Below the pieces are notes generated by a model. That model was given only the letters and a program-made list of their open reading frames with translations. It did no database searches and was not told the origin of the DNA. A DNA stretch of 64,000 nt from Promethearchaeia archaeon (GTDB taxonomy: Archaea; Asgardarchaeota; Lokiarchaeia; Sigyniarchaeales; SOKP01). Where the stretch lies: positions 61,368-125,367 of the forward strand of contig JAHQWL010000070.1 of assembly GCA_029856155.1 (NCBI GenBank), given 5' to 3'. Shown here piece after piece: positions 1 through 10,289 of the stretch. The first letter of the stretch is position 1. Each line of letters begins with the position of its first letter. The position numbers and the translations under genes are program-made.

Positions 1-846
1 GTTCTTAAAGGAGGTAATAAAGTTTGTTTGAATTGTGGTATGGTATTAGATGTTCATTTGGTCGATAATGGAAGAAGGGCTTATAATAATGAAGAAATGG
101 TAAAAAGAAAACAAAATGAACCTAGATGGAGAGAATTTGGTTCGAGAACAGTGCTTCCTAATCACAAAATAGACTACAAAGGAAATTATTTAAATGCTGA
201 AAAGAAGACTTTATTTTTACGTTTATCTAAAATTCAAAATTCTTTAATTTCAAGCATAGAAAGAAATTTTTGGGAAGCAAAACCAAAAATGAAACAAATT
301 ACTTCAAAATTAAATATTCCTGAATATATTCATGAAACAGCATGGAAAATTTACACTCTCACAGCAAAAAAAAAATTAACAATGGGGCGCTCAATTGAGG
401 GATTTATAGCTGCTTCTTTATATGTTGCTGTTAGAGTCCATGAATTTCCAAAAGTATTAGAAGAAATTAGTGATGCTGCTATGATTCCCCGAAAATCTAT
501 AATACATTCATTAGGTTTACTTCTTAAAGAAGTTTTACCCGAATTAAACCTTAGTTATAAGCCAATTAGTGTTAAACAGTTGATAATTAAATTTGGAAAT
601 GAATTAGGACTTCCAATAGAAACCCAGAAGAACGCTTTATATTTAGTTTCTATCACATCTAAGATGGGACTTGCTTTAATAGGTAAAGACCCAAAAGGAC
701 TTGCTGCTTCAGCTATTTACTTAGCAGTAAAATCAACAGATAAAAGGATGACTCAAACTGAAATTGCTAAAGCTGCTAAAATAACAGAAGTTACATTAAG
801 ATCACGAATAAAAGATTTTAAAAGCAAGCTTGCATTAGTGGAGTAA
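1..846 (+). CDS. tfb: Transcription initiation factor IIB (TFB) family protein, 5'-truncated by the window edge
   Basis: Frame open from base 1 (VLKGGNKVCLNCGMVL, second half of the Zn ribbon); two cyclin repeats with GRSIEG and GKDPKGLAASAIY; C-terminal TQTEIAKAAKITEVTLRSR helix-turn-helix. Confidence 0.92.
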   Translation, partial: VLKGGNKVCLNCGMVLDVHLVDNGRRAYNNEEMVKRKQNEPRWREFGSRTVLPNHKIDYKGNYLNAEKKTLFLRLSKIQNSLISSIERNFWEAKPKMKQITSKLNIPEYIHETAWKIYTLTAKKKLTMGRSIEGFIAASLYVAVRVHEFPKVLEEISDAAMIPRKSIIHSLGLLLKEVLPELNLSYKPISVKQLIIKFGNELGLPIETQKNALYLVSITSKMGLALIGKDPKGLAASAIYLAVKSTDKRMTQTEIAKAAKITEVTLRSRIKDFKSKLALVE

Positions 847-953
847 TCCAATAACTCTAAATTTAAAAATTTTTATGGACTTATTTTGTTAAAAATGAGA
901 TAACCGCTTAATTTTTTAAAAATTAAAATATAATAATGAAATCGGTTAAATAG

Positions 954-1540
954 ATGACTCTTTTTATTGCCTTAATGGAAAATCCATTTTTTTCTCTTAT
1001 TATTTTACCTCTATTGATTCTTATAGCTCGGGTTTTTGATGTAACACTTGGAACTTTAAGAATCGTGTTTATATCTCAAGGTAGACGCAAATTAGCTCCA
1101 ATTGTTGGTTTTTTTGAAATATTCATTTGGCTATTAGCAATGGGACAAATTTTCAGTAATTTAACGAATTTTATATATTACTTTGCATACGCTGGAGGAT
1201 TTGCAATAGGCAACTATGTTGGATTAATAGTTGAAGATAAAATATCTTTAGGTTTATTAAGTTTACAATTAATCATTAGAGATAATCCCGATAATTTAAT
1301 TGGACTATTAAAAGAAAATGGTTATAGTTTAACTACAATGTCTGCTGAGGGCCAAGAGGTATAGTTAAATTAGTATTATTAATTATTAAACGCAAAAATC
1401 TACCAAAAATCCTAGAATTTATACGACAGAATAATCCAAAAGCATTTATATCAATTGAACAAGTAAAATCTGTGAGAGGGGGTAATTTTCCTTCACATTC
1501 AAAAACTAGATGGGAACTTTTTAGTAGAAGAAAGAAATAA
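954..1540 (+). pseudogene. DUF2179/UPF0316 membrane protein with a one-base frameshift near 1350 (real or assembly error)
   Basis: ARVFDVTLGTLR and AYAGGFAIGNYVG motifs; ORF stops at 1364 but the expected C-terminus (GIVKLVLLIIKRK...NPKAFISIEQVKSVRGG...RRKK*) continues in another frame to TAA 1538-1540. Confidence 0.8.
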
Positions 1541-1796
1541 TAATTCTAATTTAAAAGAGGGAGCAACTTTTTCTTTTTAAATTAAAATTATATTAGGATT
1601 TGCTATTAAAAATTATTTAATATCTAAAAATGAAAAGATATAGAAATTGATATTAATAAATTTAATTTATTATCATCTTTAACTTATAAATAAGAAGAAT
1701 TTGATAATTTTAATGCTTATAGTGTTAATAAATTAATTCCAGAATCAATAAAAAAAATAGTAATTGTTAATTTACTTGACAAATATCATTAAATAA

Positions 1797-4094
1797 ATGA
1801 TTGTTGAGGAATTTAAATTTTCAGAAAAAAAAATTCCAATTGAACGAAGAGAAGAAATTAGCTCTTCTTATAAAATCAAATCTTATGAAAGAAAAATAAG
1901 ATACATGGAAGAGAGAAAAATTCCTCAGAAAGATATTAAAGATGTTCTTGCTCATTTTTTCAATATTAATAAAAACATCTCGAGAAAAACGAAAGACTCA
2001 ATATCTAAAATAATATTTTCCCAAAAAGATAGAATTTTAATAATAATTACCCCTTCTGGGAAAGATATTATTCTAAATAGAGAAAGATTAATTAAAGATT
2101 ATGGATGGTTCTTTTTCATAGAAATGCCAGAAAAAGAAGAAAAAGTATTAAAAAAGAAGAAGCCTAAAAAAGAAAAGGAAAGAATGGAAGAAAAAACCAT
2201 AAGTACAGAAGAATTTCGCTTTGAAGAAGTAATACTTCCTCTAAAACAAAAGGAAAATATGAGAGCATTATATAGAACAAAAGAATATAATCATTACCTA
2301 AAAATAATTAAATCCAAAGAATTACCTCAAATTCCTATAAAAGACGTACTTCATGATTTTTTTTTTAAAGATGCGCTCGTTCCAGTTGAAGAAAAAAAAG
2401 GAATTCGAAAGATCATCTATTACCAAAAAGAAAAAGTCATAGTCATTAAATCATTAATAGGTGATGAAATGTATGAAAACTTGGAGAACTTAGTTAAAAA
2501 ATATGGATGGTATTTTTACATAACTGGAGTCCCTGTAGGAAAAAGTGAACTTTGCATTGCAATAGATAAAATAGAAAAAAAATTTGATGCCGAATACTTT
2601 TCTAATATCTCTCTTAAAAATGATAATGATAAAGATATTAGAGTAACTATTTACCCTATTGTTCTTAAACCGAATCATAATTGTCACATTTTAGGATTAG
2701 GTAATCTCAATATATTATTAGATTGTGGTCTTTCAGAGAAAGATGAAATAAATGAAATTGAAGGGGATCTACGGCATATAGAAGATTATCTTCAGAATTT
2801 ACCGCGATATCTTTTAGAAGAAGAAAAATTTAGAAAAAATATTACAACAGATGATCAAGATGATTTAATTTTAGAAAAAATCTCAAAAAATCCTAAAATA
2901 GATGCTATATTTATATCACATAGTCATTATGATCATGTTTCTGGGCTGAAAGAATTAAACAAATTATATCCGGAAGTACCTATTTTCTGCTCTAGAATTA
3001 CTCTTGATTTATATCTCCTTAGGGATTCAAACTTCTTAAAACAAGAGAATCACGATGAAATTGAACAAGATGAATACCGAAATATAGTCAGAAATGTAAT
3101 TTATGTTGAAAATGGTACTAAAATCAACTTTAAAGAAAAAAACTCTTTTCTTTCATTTTTCCATGCGGGTCATATGCCCGGTGCTTTGATGATGTTAGCA
3201 AAAACAGACGATTTTAAATTTCTATATACTGGGGATTATACTTACATTGATATCACTCCATTTGCAGGCACAAGACGGTTCTTAGAACAGATATCTCACC
3301 CTATAGACTATTTACTTATCGATGGTACCGCTGCTCAAGAAGATTTTGGAAATATATCTGATCAATTTCATAGTTTAATCTTATTTTTAGAGCAAAAGGC
3401 AGAATATGGAGATAACTCTCTAATTGGGGCCGATCCATCAAGTTTAGCTATAAGCTTTATGTTAATCTTTTGGAGATATTTTAGAAAACTTCAATTAAGG
3501 CGTGGTTTCGAGAAACGACCTAATATTTACGTAGATATGATGGTGAGGAAAAATATACAAGTTATAAACCATCGCTATGAATATATCTATGGTCCGATTT
3601 CAAGATTAATTAGAGACAAGGCAAATCCCTTCAACAGTATAAAATTTAGATGGTTTGATCACCCTAATTTAGACTTTTTACGTAAAAAAAACAACATTAT
3701 TATTTCTCATCCACCAGACCTTTCTTACGGATTAATAAGAAATATTATTAATATAATAGGCCGTAGTCCTCACAATTTTGTTTTTCTCGCAGGTTCTATT
3801 CATGAATCTCCTGGTGCAGAATTGATCGGAGGTGCTAATGAAATTCAGTTCTCCGAGACATGGAAAATGCCATTTCGAGCATTTTTACTTAATACTTTTG
3901 CTCCTCACATTAAAATAAAACTGCATGCCGATAAAAATCAATTGAGAGAAATGATAAAAAATTTAGAACCAAAAGAGGTATGTTTTTTCCACCAATCTGC
4001 TAAAAATTTAACAGATGTAGTGGAATATGTAAAAGAATTAGGAGTTGAAAAAGTTTCATTGCCCATAAAAAGAAAACTCTTAGTATTGAATTAA
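1797..4094 (+). CDS. Metallo-beta-lactamase/beta-CASP ribonuclease (CPSF-like) with duplicated N-terminal domain
   Basis: LDCG, SHSHYDH, HAGHMPGA, YTGDY and C-terminal LHAD...FFH motifs; two ~110-aa N-terminal repeats ending KDYGWFFFI and KKYGWYFYI. Confidence 0.85.
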   Translation: MIVEEFKFSEKKIPIERREEISSSYKIKSYERKIRYMEERKIPQKDIKDVLAHFFNINKNISRKTKDSISKIIFSQKDRILIIITPSGKDIILNRERLIKDYGWFFFIEMPEKEEKVLKKKKPKKEKERMEEKTISTEEFRFEEVILPLKQKENMRALYRTKEYNHYLKIIKSKELPQIPIKDVLHDFFFKDALVPVEEKKGIRKIIYYQKEKVIVIKSLIGDEMYENLENLVKKYGWYFYITGVPVGKSELCIAIDKIEKKFDAEYFSNISLKNDNDKDIRVTIYPIVLKPNHNCHILGLGNLNILLDCGLSEKDEINEIEGDLRHIEDYLQNLPRYLLEEEKFRKNITTDDQDDLILEKISKNPKIDAIFISHSHYDHVSGLKELNKLYPEVPIFCSRITLDLYLLRDSNFLKQENHDEIEQDEYRNIVRNVIYVENGTKINFKEKNSFLSFFHAGHMPGALMMLAKTDDFKFLYTGDYTYIDITPFAGTRRFLEQISHPIDYLLIDGTAAQEDFGNISDQFHSLILFLEQKAEYGDNSLIGADPSSLAISFMLIFWRYFRKLQLRRGFEKRPNIYVDMMVRKNIQVINHRYEYIYGPISRLIRDKANPFNSIKFRWFDHPNLDFLRKKNNIIISHPPDLSYGLIRNIINIIGRSPHNFVFLAGSIHESPGAELIGGANEIQFSETWKMPFRAFLLNTFAPHIKIKLHADKNQLREMIKNLEPKEVCFFHQSAKNLTDVVEYVKELGVEKVSLPIKRKLLVLN

Positions 4095-4173
4095 TGAGTA
4101 TAATTTATGAGAAATAAACCATAAATCTTTAAGATAATAAATTCTTATTTTTCATAGAATTACATATATACTA

Positions 4174-4179
4174 AGGTGA
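4174..4179 (+). promoter_or_regulatory. Shine-Dalgarno motif AGGTGA, 6 nt before the ATA of iscU
   Basis: ctaAGGTGAatatacATAtactct; matches the archaeal GGAGGTGA consensus. Confidence 0.6.
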
Positions 4180-4185
4180 ATATAC

Positions 4186-4566
4186 ATATACTCTGAAAAA
4201 GTAATGGAGCACTTTAGAAATCCTCGAAATATGGGAGAAATGAAAGATGCTGATGCAATTGGGGAGATAGGTAACCCAGTTTGCGGTGATATTAGTTTAA
4301 TCTATATTAAAGTTAAAGAAGAGAATGGAGAAGAAATTATTAATGATATATCTTTTCAAACATTTGGGTGTGCTGCGGCAATTGCAACATCATCGATGTT
4401 AACAGAACTAGCTAAGGGGAAGGGCTTAGATGAGGCAATGAATATTTCTAGAGACGATGTTGCTAATTCTTTAGATGGATTACCTCCCATTAAATTGCAC
4501 TGCTCTAATTTAGCAGCAGACGCATTACAAGATGCTATTAAAAAATATCGAGAAAAGAAAAAATAG
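4186..4566 (+). CDS. iscU: Fe-S cluster scaffold IscU/NifU-N; probable ATA start at 4186 (first ATG 4204)
   Basis: YSEKVMEHFRNPRNMG, NPVCGD, FGCAAA and KLHCS motifs; conserved YSEKV lies upstream of the ATG. Confidence 0.93.
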   Translation: MYSEKVMEHFRNPRNMGEMKDADAIGEIGNPVCGDISLIYIKVKEENGEEIINDISFQTFGCAAAIATSSMLTELAKGKGLDEAMNISRDDVANSLDGLPPIKLHCSNLAADALQDAIKKYREKKK

Positions 4567-4641
4567 AATTTATGTATTTTAACTCTGTTAAAATTTCTTT
4601 TATAATAAAAAAGTAAGAGATTTTTTGTCGTTGAGATTATT

Positions 4642-5496
4642 ATGAACTTTTCTAAACCAGTAACTGATATAATTCGAGAGCGAACATCTCGTCGGACTTA
4701 TTCAGGTCAACCTCTTGAGGACACTATGAGAGAAAAGATAATTAAATTATTGAAGAATCATAATTTAAAAAGTCCATTCAGTGAATATGCGGGAAAAGCG
4801 AGATTCGAACTAATTAGTGTACCTGAATTTGATCCTAATGAAAGAAAAAAAATAGGGACTTATGGTTTAATTAAAGGAGCTCAAGATTTTATGGTGGGAG
4901 CTGTTGAAAATTCTAAGTGTGATCGTGAACATTTTGGATATCTTATGGAAACTATTATATTAGCAGCCACAGATATGGGTTTAGGAACTTGTTGGTTAGG
5001 AGGTTTCTTTAATAAGAGTCTTTTTTCAGCAAAAATTAATAGCAGTTCAAATGAAATTGTCCCTGCTATTACTCCTATTGGCAATTATATTAAAAGAACA
5101 ATAAAGGAAAAAGCAATTCGTAAATTTGTGAAAGCAAATAAACGATTCTCATGGGATCACCTTTTTTTTAATGGCATAATGAATATTCCACTTACTCCTG
5201 AGGATTGTGGAAAGTATTCTGAATTACTCGAAATGGTTAGATTGGGTCCTTCGGCTAGTAATAAACAACCTTGGAGGATTATTAAAGATTCAAAGAAGAA
5301 TATGTTTCACTTTTATACTGTGAAAACTAATTCAGTTTATAGCAAATTTCCACCTCTAGATATCGGAATAGCAGTATGCCACTTTAATCTTACAGCACAA
5401 GAATTAGGGTTCAATGGAATCTGGATATTTGATAACCCTCAAATTTTAGGAACAGAGGACCTAATATATAAGATTACTTGGAATACCGTACTCTAG
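4642..5496 (+). CDS. Nitroreductase family protein (two-domain)
   Basis: RTSRRTYS, LGTCWLGG, LGPSASNKQPW, DIGIAVCHF motifs. Confidence 0.88.
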   Translation: MNFSKPVTDIIRERTSRRTYSGQPLEDTMREKIIKLLKNHNLKSPFSEYAGKARFELISVPEFDPNERKKIGTYGLIKGAQDFMVGAVENSKCDREHFGYLMETIILAATDMGLGTCWLGGFFNKSLFSAKINSSSNEIVPAITPIGNYIKRTIKEKAIRKFVKANKRFSWDHLFFNGIMNIPLTPEDCGKYSELLEMVRLGPSASNKQPWRIIKDSKKNMFHFYTVKTNSVYSKFPPLDIGIAVCHFNLTAQELGFNGIWIFDNPQILGTEDLIYKITWNTVL

Positions 5497-5677
5497 ATAA
5501 AATTAAAATGATATTGATCTATATTTACTAATTCTGTTAAATTAATTATAAATCTATGGGTAAGTCTAAATTAGTTCGAGAACCAAAATCGGGAAAAACT
5601 TTTCAAATTATAACCACAACTTATAATAACTGAGCTTAGTAATTAATCAATAGATATTGAGGTGAATTTTACTTAAA

Positions 5678-8551
5678 ATGGAATCTACTGAAAAAGTAAA
5701 AATCAAGCTTAGTGGAATGACATGCGCAAATTGTGCTTATAAAATTGAGACAAAATTAAAAAGCTTGGAAGGTGTAAATAGTTCGGTTGTCAATTTTGCA
5801 AATGAAGAGGCAACTGTTGAATATAATCCTAAAATGACTAATTATGATGATTTTAATAAAGCTATTTACGATTTAGGTTATAAAGGTTCATTAGCTAAAA
5901 TTGATGTTAAAGTTATGGACTCCTTAACTGAATCAGAATTTAATGAACTGTTAAATAGAGTAAAAAATATCGATGGAATCTATGACGTTAGGGGGAATAT
6001 CAAGGCAAATAAATTATTTATAGAATTTAACGAATTGCTATTAGATGAAAATAAAATCTTTACAAGTATTAAAAAACTAGGTTATATAATTGAGAAAACA
6101 GCAGGGGTATTGGATAAAGAGATTGAAAAACATAAAAAAGAAATGAGATATAGACTTCGAATTTTAACAATATCATTAATCTTCACTCTGATCATTACAC
6201 CAATAAGTTGGTTTGTGGAAGAATCCCTTACAAGAAATATTATATTGTTTTTTTTCGCAATTGGCAATTATATGATTGCGGGTTCTTTCTTTTTAATCGG
6301 GGCATACAAATCATTAAGAAATAAATCCACTAACATGGATGTGTTAGTTGCATTAGGTACAACAACAGCTTTGGTTTATTCAATATTAACAACGTTTCTA
6401 ATTGAGGGTAAGACATTCTATGAAGCGATGAGTATGATATTATCCTTTTTACTAATTGGAAAATATTTTGAACATAAAACGAAAGGGCAAACGTCTGAAG
6501 CAATTAAAAAATTAATTGGTTTACAGCCAAAAACCGCAACTTTAATAAAAGATAATGTAGAACTCGAAATCCCGATTGAAGAAATTGAACTTGGGGATAT
6601 TTTAATAGTAAGACCTGGTGAGAAAATACCGGTAGATGGGATTGTAATTAAAGGAAAAACGAAAGTTGATGAATCAATGATTACTGGTGAAAGTAAATAT
6701 GTGAAAAAGGAAATTGATAGTGAAGTGATCGGGGCGACAGTCAATCAGACCGGACTGATACACATAATTACTGAAAAAGTAGGTAAAGAAACTTTTTTAT
6801 ATCAAATAATTGACTTTGTAAAAGAAGCTCAAAGTAAAAAAGCTGCAAAACAAAAATTAGCAGATAAAGTAAGCAATTACTTTGTACCCGTCGTTGTCGT
6901 CATAGCATTAGGTGCATTTCTGTATTGGTATCTAATTGCTCAAATTGGATTAGAATTTTCTTTATTAATATTTACTTCCGTTGTTGTAATATCATGTCCT
7001 TGTGCTTTAGGTTTGGCAATTCCAACAGCGATGATGGTTGGAACGGGTAAAGGAGCAGAAAATGGAATTCTATTAAAGGGTGGAGATTCATTAGAAGCAA
7101 TAAATACAATAAATACTATTGTTTTTGATAAAACGGGAACACTAACTGTTGGGAAACCAAAAGTGTCTGTAATGTTTGCTGAAAAAGATTTAGAAGGTCA
7201 AGGGTATGATAATAATGAATTATTATTTTTCGCAGGGAGCGCTGAAATGGGTTCTGAACATACTCTCGGACAGGCTATTATAGAAGAAGCAAATCAAAGA
7301 GGATTGAAACTTGAAACTCCAACAGAATTTGATGCAGTTCCAGGAAAAGGGATTATTACTACCATTAAAGAGAAGAATATATTGATTGGTAATGAAAAAT
7401 TAATTTTAGAAAATAAAATCTCTTTTGAAGCTTATAGAAACAAATATAATGAATTTCAACAACAGGGGATAACAACTATCTTAGTTAGTATTGATAATAA
7501 AGTAAGAGGGATTATTGGAATTTCTGATAAAATTAAAGATCAAGCACCATACGCTTTAGATAAATTGAGAGAAAAGGGTTTAGATATATATATAATTACA
7601 GGAGATAATAAACAAACCGCTTTAAGTATTGGAAACCAGCTAAAAATTGATGAAGACCATATCTTAGCAGAAGTCCTACCTAATGAAAAGGCTCTTACAA
7701 TAAAAAAATTACAAGAATCAAGTGATCATAAAGTTGTAGGGATGGTAGGGGATGGTATTAACGACGCTCCTGCATTAGCACAAGCAGATGTAGGAATTGC
7801 AATAGGATCTGGTACTGATATTGCTATAGAAACAGCAGATATTGTATTAATGAGAGGAGACTTAAGAAACGTAGTATCAGCTATAAATTTGTCAAAAAAA
7901 ACTTACAAAAAAATGATTACAAATCTATTTTGGGCTTTCATTTATAATTTAATTGGAATTCCTATTGCTGCTGGTGTCTTATATTATGCTACAGGTTTCT
8001 TTTTACCTCCCTACCTAGCTGCTGTTTTCATGGCATCAAGCTCAGTTTCAGTAGTAACTAATGCGTTGTTTTTGAAGCGATATGAACCTAAAACACCTCA
8101 ACAAGTTGAAGAAGAAATGTTATTACTCTCTCAAGAAAAAGTTGTTGATCCAGTCTGTGGAATGGAAATTGATCCAAGACGAGCTATTGAATATGAGTAT
8201 AAAGATAAAATTTATCACTTTTGTAATCCAAATTGTGAGGTTCATTTCAAAAGGGATCCTGAGAGATTTAAAAATTATGATGCGATGGATCCAAAATTAA
8301 TGCAAATGAAAAATACTAATAGAAATGAGAAAATAGAAATAAAAAATGAAAATATACAAAAAAAAGAGGATGATAAAAAAATGGGTAAATTAAAATGTTT
8401 AGAATGTGGAATTGAACAAGATATTCCAATGCATTGTGGACAATCAATGCATAAAGAAGGTAATCAATTGGTCTGCTGGATGGGGGCATCTTGTGGAGCT
8501 CAACCAATCCCAGAACATCATGGTACACCAATGAAAATAATAGAAAAGTAA
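5678..8551 (+). CDS. copA: Copper-translocating P1B-type ATPase with N-terminal HMA domains, C-terminal YHS domain and an extra Cys/His-rich domain
   Basis: [39 protein letters not shown] and MASSS; DPVCGM...YHFC (YHS). Confidence 0.95.
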   Translation: MESTEKVKIKLSGMTCANCAYKIETKLKSLEGVNSSVVNFANEEATVEYNPKMTNYDDFNKAIYDLGYKGSLAKIDVKVMDSLTESEFNELLNRVKNIDGIYDVRGNIKANKLFIEFNELLLDENKIFTSIKKLGYIIEKTAGVLDKEIEKHKKEMRYRLRILTISLIFTLIITPISWFVEESLTRNIILFFFAIGNYMIAGSFFLIGAYKSLRNKSTNMDVLVALGTTTALVYSILTTFLIEGKTFYEAMSMILSFLLIGKYFEHKTKGQTSEAIKKLIGLQPKTATLIKDNVELEIPIEEIELGDILIVRPGEKIPVDGIVIKGKTKVDESMITGESKYVKKEIDSEVIGATVNQTGLIHIITEKVGKETFLYQIIDFVKEAQSKKAAKQKLADKVSNYFVPVVVVIALGAFLYWYLIAQIGLEFSLLIFTSVVVISCPCALGLAIPTAMMVGTGKGAENGILLKGGDSLEAINTINTIVFDKTGTLTVGKPKVSVMFAEKDLEGQGYDNNELLFFAGSAEMGSEHTLGQAIIEEANQRGLKLETPTEFDAVPGKGIITTIKEKNILIGNEKLILENKISFEAYRNKYNEFQQQGITTILVSIDNKVRGIIGISDKIKDQAPYALDKLREKGLDIYIITGDNKQTALSIGNQLKIDEDHILAEVLPNEKALTIKKLQESSDHKVVGMVGDGINDAPALAQADVGIAIGSGTDIAIETADIVLMRGDLRNVVSAINLSKKTYKKMITNLFWAFIYNLIGIPIAAGVLYYATGFFLPPYLAAVFMASSSVSVVTNALFLKRYEPKTPQQVEEEMLLLSQEKVVDPVCGMEIDPRRAIEYEYKDKIYHFCNPNCEVHFKRDPERFKNYDAMDPKLMQMKNTNRNEKIEIKNENIQKKEDDKKMGKLKCLECGIEQDIPMHCGQSMHKEGNQLVCWMGASCGAQPIPEHHGTPMKIIEK

Positions 8552-8575
8552 TTAATAAAAGAGGTGAATTATGAT

Positions 8576-8758
8576 ATGGGAGTGTACAAATGTAGTGGAT
8601 GTGGCAAAGTTATAGATACAATTCCAAAATGTTGTTCTGAAGATATGATTTATAATCAAGAAAAAAACCGATTTGAATGTAATATGGGACCAAATTGTGG
8701 ATATCTTCCTTTAGATGAGTTGAAATGTGAAGAATGTTGTAATTCAAAATCAAATTAA
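8576..8758 (+). CDS. Small Cys-rich metal-binding protein, paralogue of the CopA C-terminal tail
   Basis: GAGGTGA at 8561 then ATG 8576; CxxC...PxCC..M...CxMGxxCG pattern. Confidence 0.75.
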   Translation: MGVYKCSGCGKVIDTIPKCCSEDMIYNQEKNRFECNMGPNCGYLPLDELKCEECCNSKSN

Positions 8759-8868
8759 GTTTTTCTTTTTCTATTTAATTTATAAAAATAATTCAAATCT
8801 TCAAAAATCAATTACAACAAAATTTCTTTAAAAAAATTGAAGATAAATAATATCTAATTTCAATTAGG

Positions 8869-10155
8869 TTAATTTATTATATCCTGAGCTTTTAAACGTA
8901 TTTCTAAAAAGATGAAAATTATTACCCCAATAAAGCACATCAATGCACCTACAATAAAGCTCACTTGGTAAGAAAAGGCTTCGCTCTTACCTTGACTTAT
9001 TAAGAAATCAATCAATGGACCAGATACAAGTGTTGAGGTTACTCCCCAAGAGAGAAAGAAAGTCGTATTATATATGGCAAATAATTTTGCTCGCATTCTC
9101 GCGGGTATAAGTATAGAAGCTATAGCATAAGATGCCGCATATATTATCACTTCAGACGCGCCTAATAAAAAACTACCTAAAAACATAAGTCCTAAGAGGG
9201 TTGTGGTGGCTGTTACTATTAAGGCAATAATCCCTATAGAAGCTCCTAATATTAATGCTCGAGCGTGACCTATTTTTTTACTTAAAACCCCCGCTGTAAA
9301 TCCAATTAACATTGTTGCGACTGAACGTGTATTAGCTATAAAGCTCAACATAATACTATCTACATTAAACCCCGAATCTAAAGAAAGATATTGAGAATAA
9401 GGAACCGCTATGCTATTTCTACCAAAATTAATAAAAATTAGTGCTATGATAAAAACAACAAAAATTGCTATATTCTTTTGATTATTCCTTTCTAATTCTT
9501 GAGAATCTTCTTTAATGCTTATGTCTGAATCAATTCCTCCTTCTGGTGCAAAAAGCATTGGTATTGTTGAAATAAACATTACAAATGAAGCAACAAAAAA
9601 GAGTGGTCCATTTCTAAATCCAAAACCCGAATCATACAAGAATCCACCAATGAAAATTCCAAAAATACGCCCTAAACCACCAAGACTAGTTAATTGCCCC
9701 ATTATTTTACTCCTTTTTTCAGAAGGATATAAATCACTCACCAAAGCACTCCAACCTATATTAGACATTGACCAAAACATCTCTATAAAACTAAGACCTA
9801 TAATGATTACCCATCCAGCTATTATAAAATTGTTAAATATAGAATGAATCCCCCAAACGATTATAGTGCCTATTCCCGCTAAAATCTCTCCACAGACTAT
9901 TAAAGTTCTTCGACGTTGAATTCTATCACTAATTGGACCCCAAACAAAATTCTGAAATATGACACTCATAAACATGGGAATACTTGCATAGAGTGTTGTA
10001 ATTGTTACGGATAAATTTAAAAAATCTCTCATATAAATCGATAAATAGGTATAGAAAAGACCTCTTCTAAACATCGCTAGCATTTGAAAAGAGGACAATC
10101 CAGAAAATACTCGGATAGAAGATTTAGAATGGTCCTTCTTCTGTACTTTTCTCAT
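8869..10155 (-). CDS. MFS transporter
   Basis: About 12 hydrophobic segments; WGPISDRIQRRR motif A. Confidence 0.88.
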   Translation of the reverse strand: MRKVQKKDHSKSSIRVFSGLSSFQMLAMFRRGLFYTYLSIYMRDFLNLSVTITTLYASIPMFMSVIFQNFVWGPISDRIQRRRTLIVCGEILAGIGTIIVWGIHSIFNNFIIAGWVIIIGLSFIEMFWSMSNIGWSALVSDLYPSEKRSKIMGQLTSLGGLGRIFGIFIGGFLYDSGFGFRNGPLFFVASFVMFISTIPMLFAPEGGIDSDISIKEDSQELERNNQKNIAIFVVFIIALIFINFGRNSIAVPYSQYLSLDSGFNVDSIMLSFIANTRSVATMLIGFTAGVLSKKIGHARALILGASIGIIALIVTATTTLLGLMFLGSFLLGASEVIIYAASYAIASILIPARMRAKLFAIYNTTFFLSWGVTSTLVSGPLIDFLISQGKSEAFSYQVSFIVGALMCFIGVIIFIFLEIRLKAQDIIN

Positions 10156-10289
10156 AAAAGCAAAAATAGTGAATTTTAGATTATTGAAAGAAACGTATAT
10201 TGTAAAGTTTTCTAATTATTAAATCTTAAATTAGATTGTGGTAATAATTTACATGATATACATAAAATTTAAAGCAATAATCCATAGAT

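Noticed and set aside
1340-1370. A second BHB intron at the DUF2179 frameshift
   Set aside because: The gene lacks a base rather than carrying extra sequence, and no BHB fold was seen
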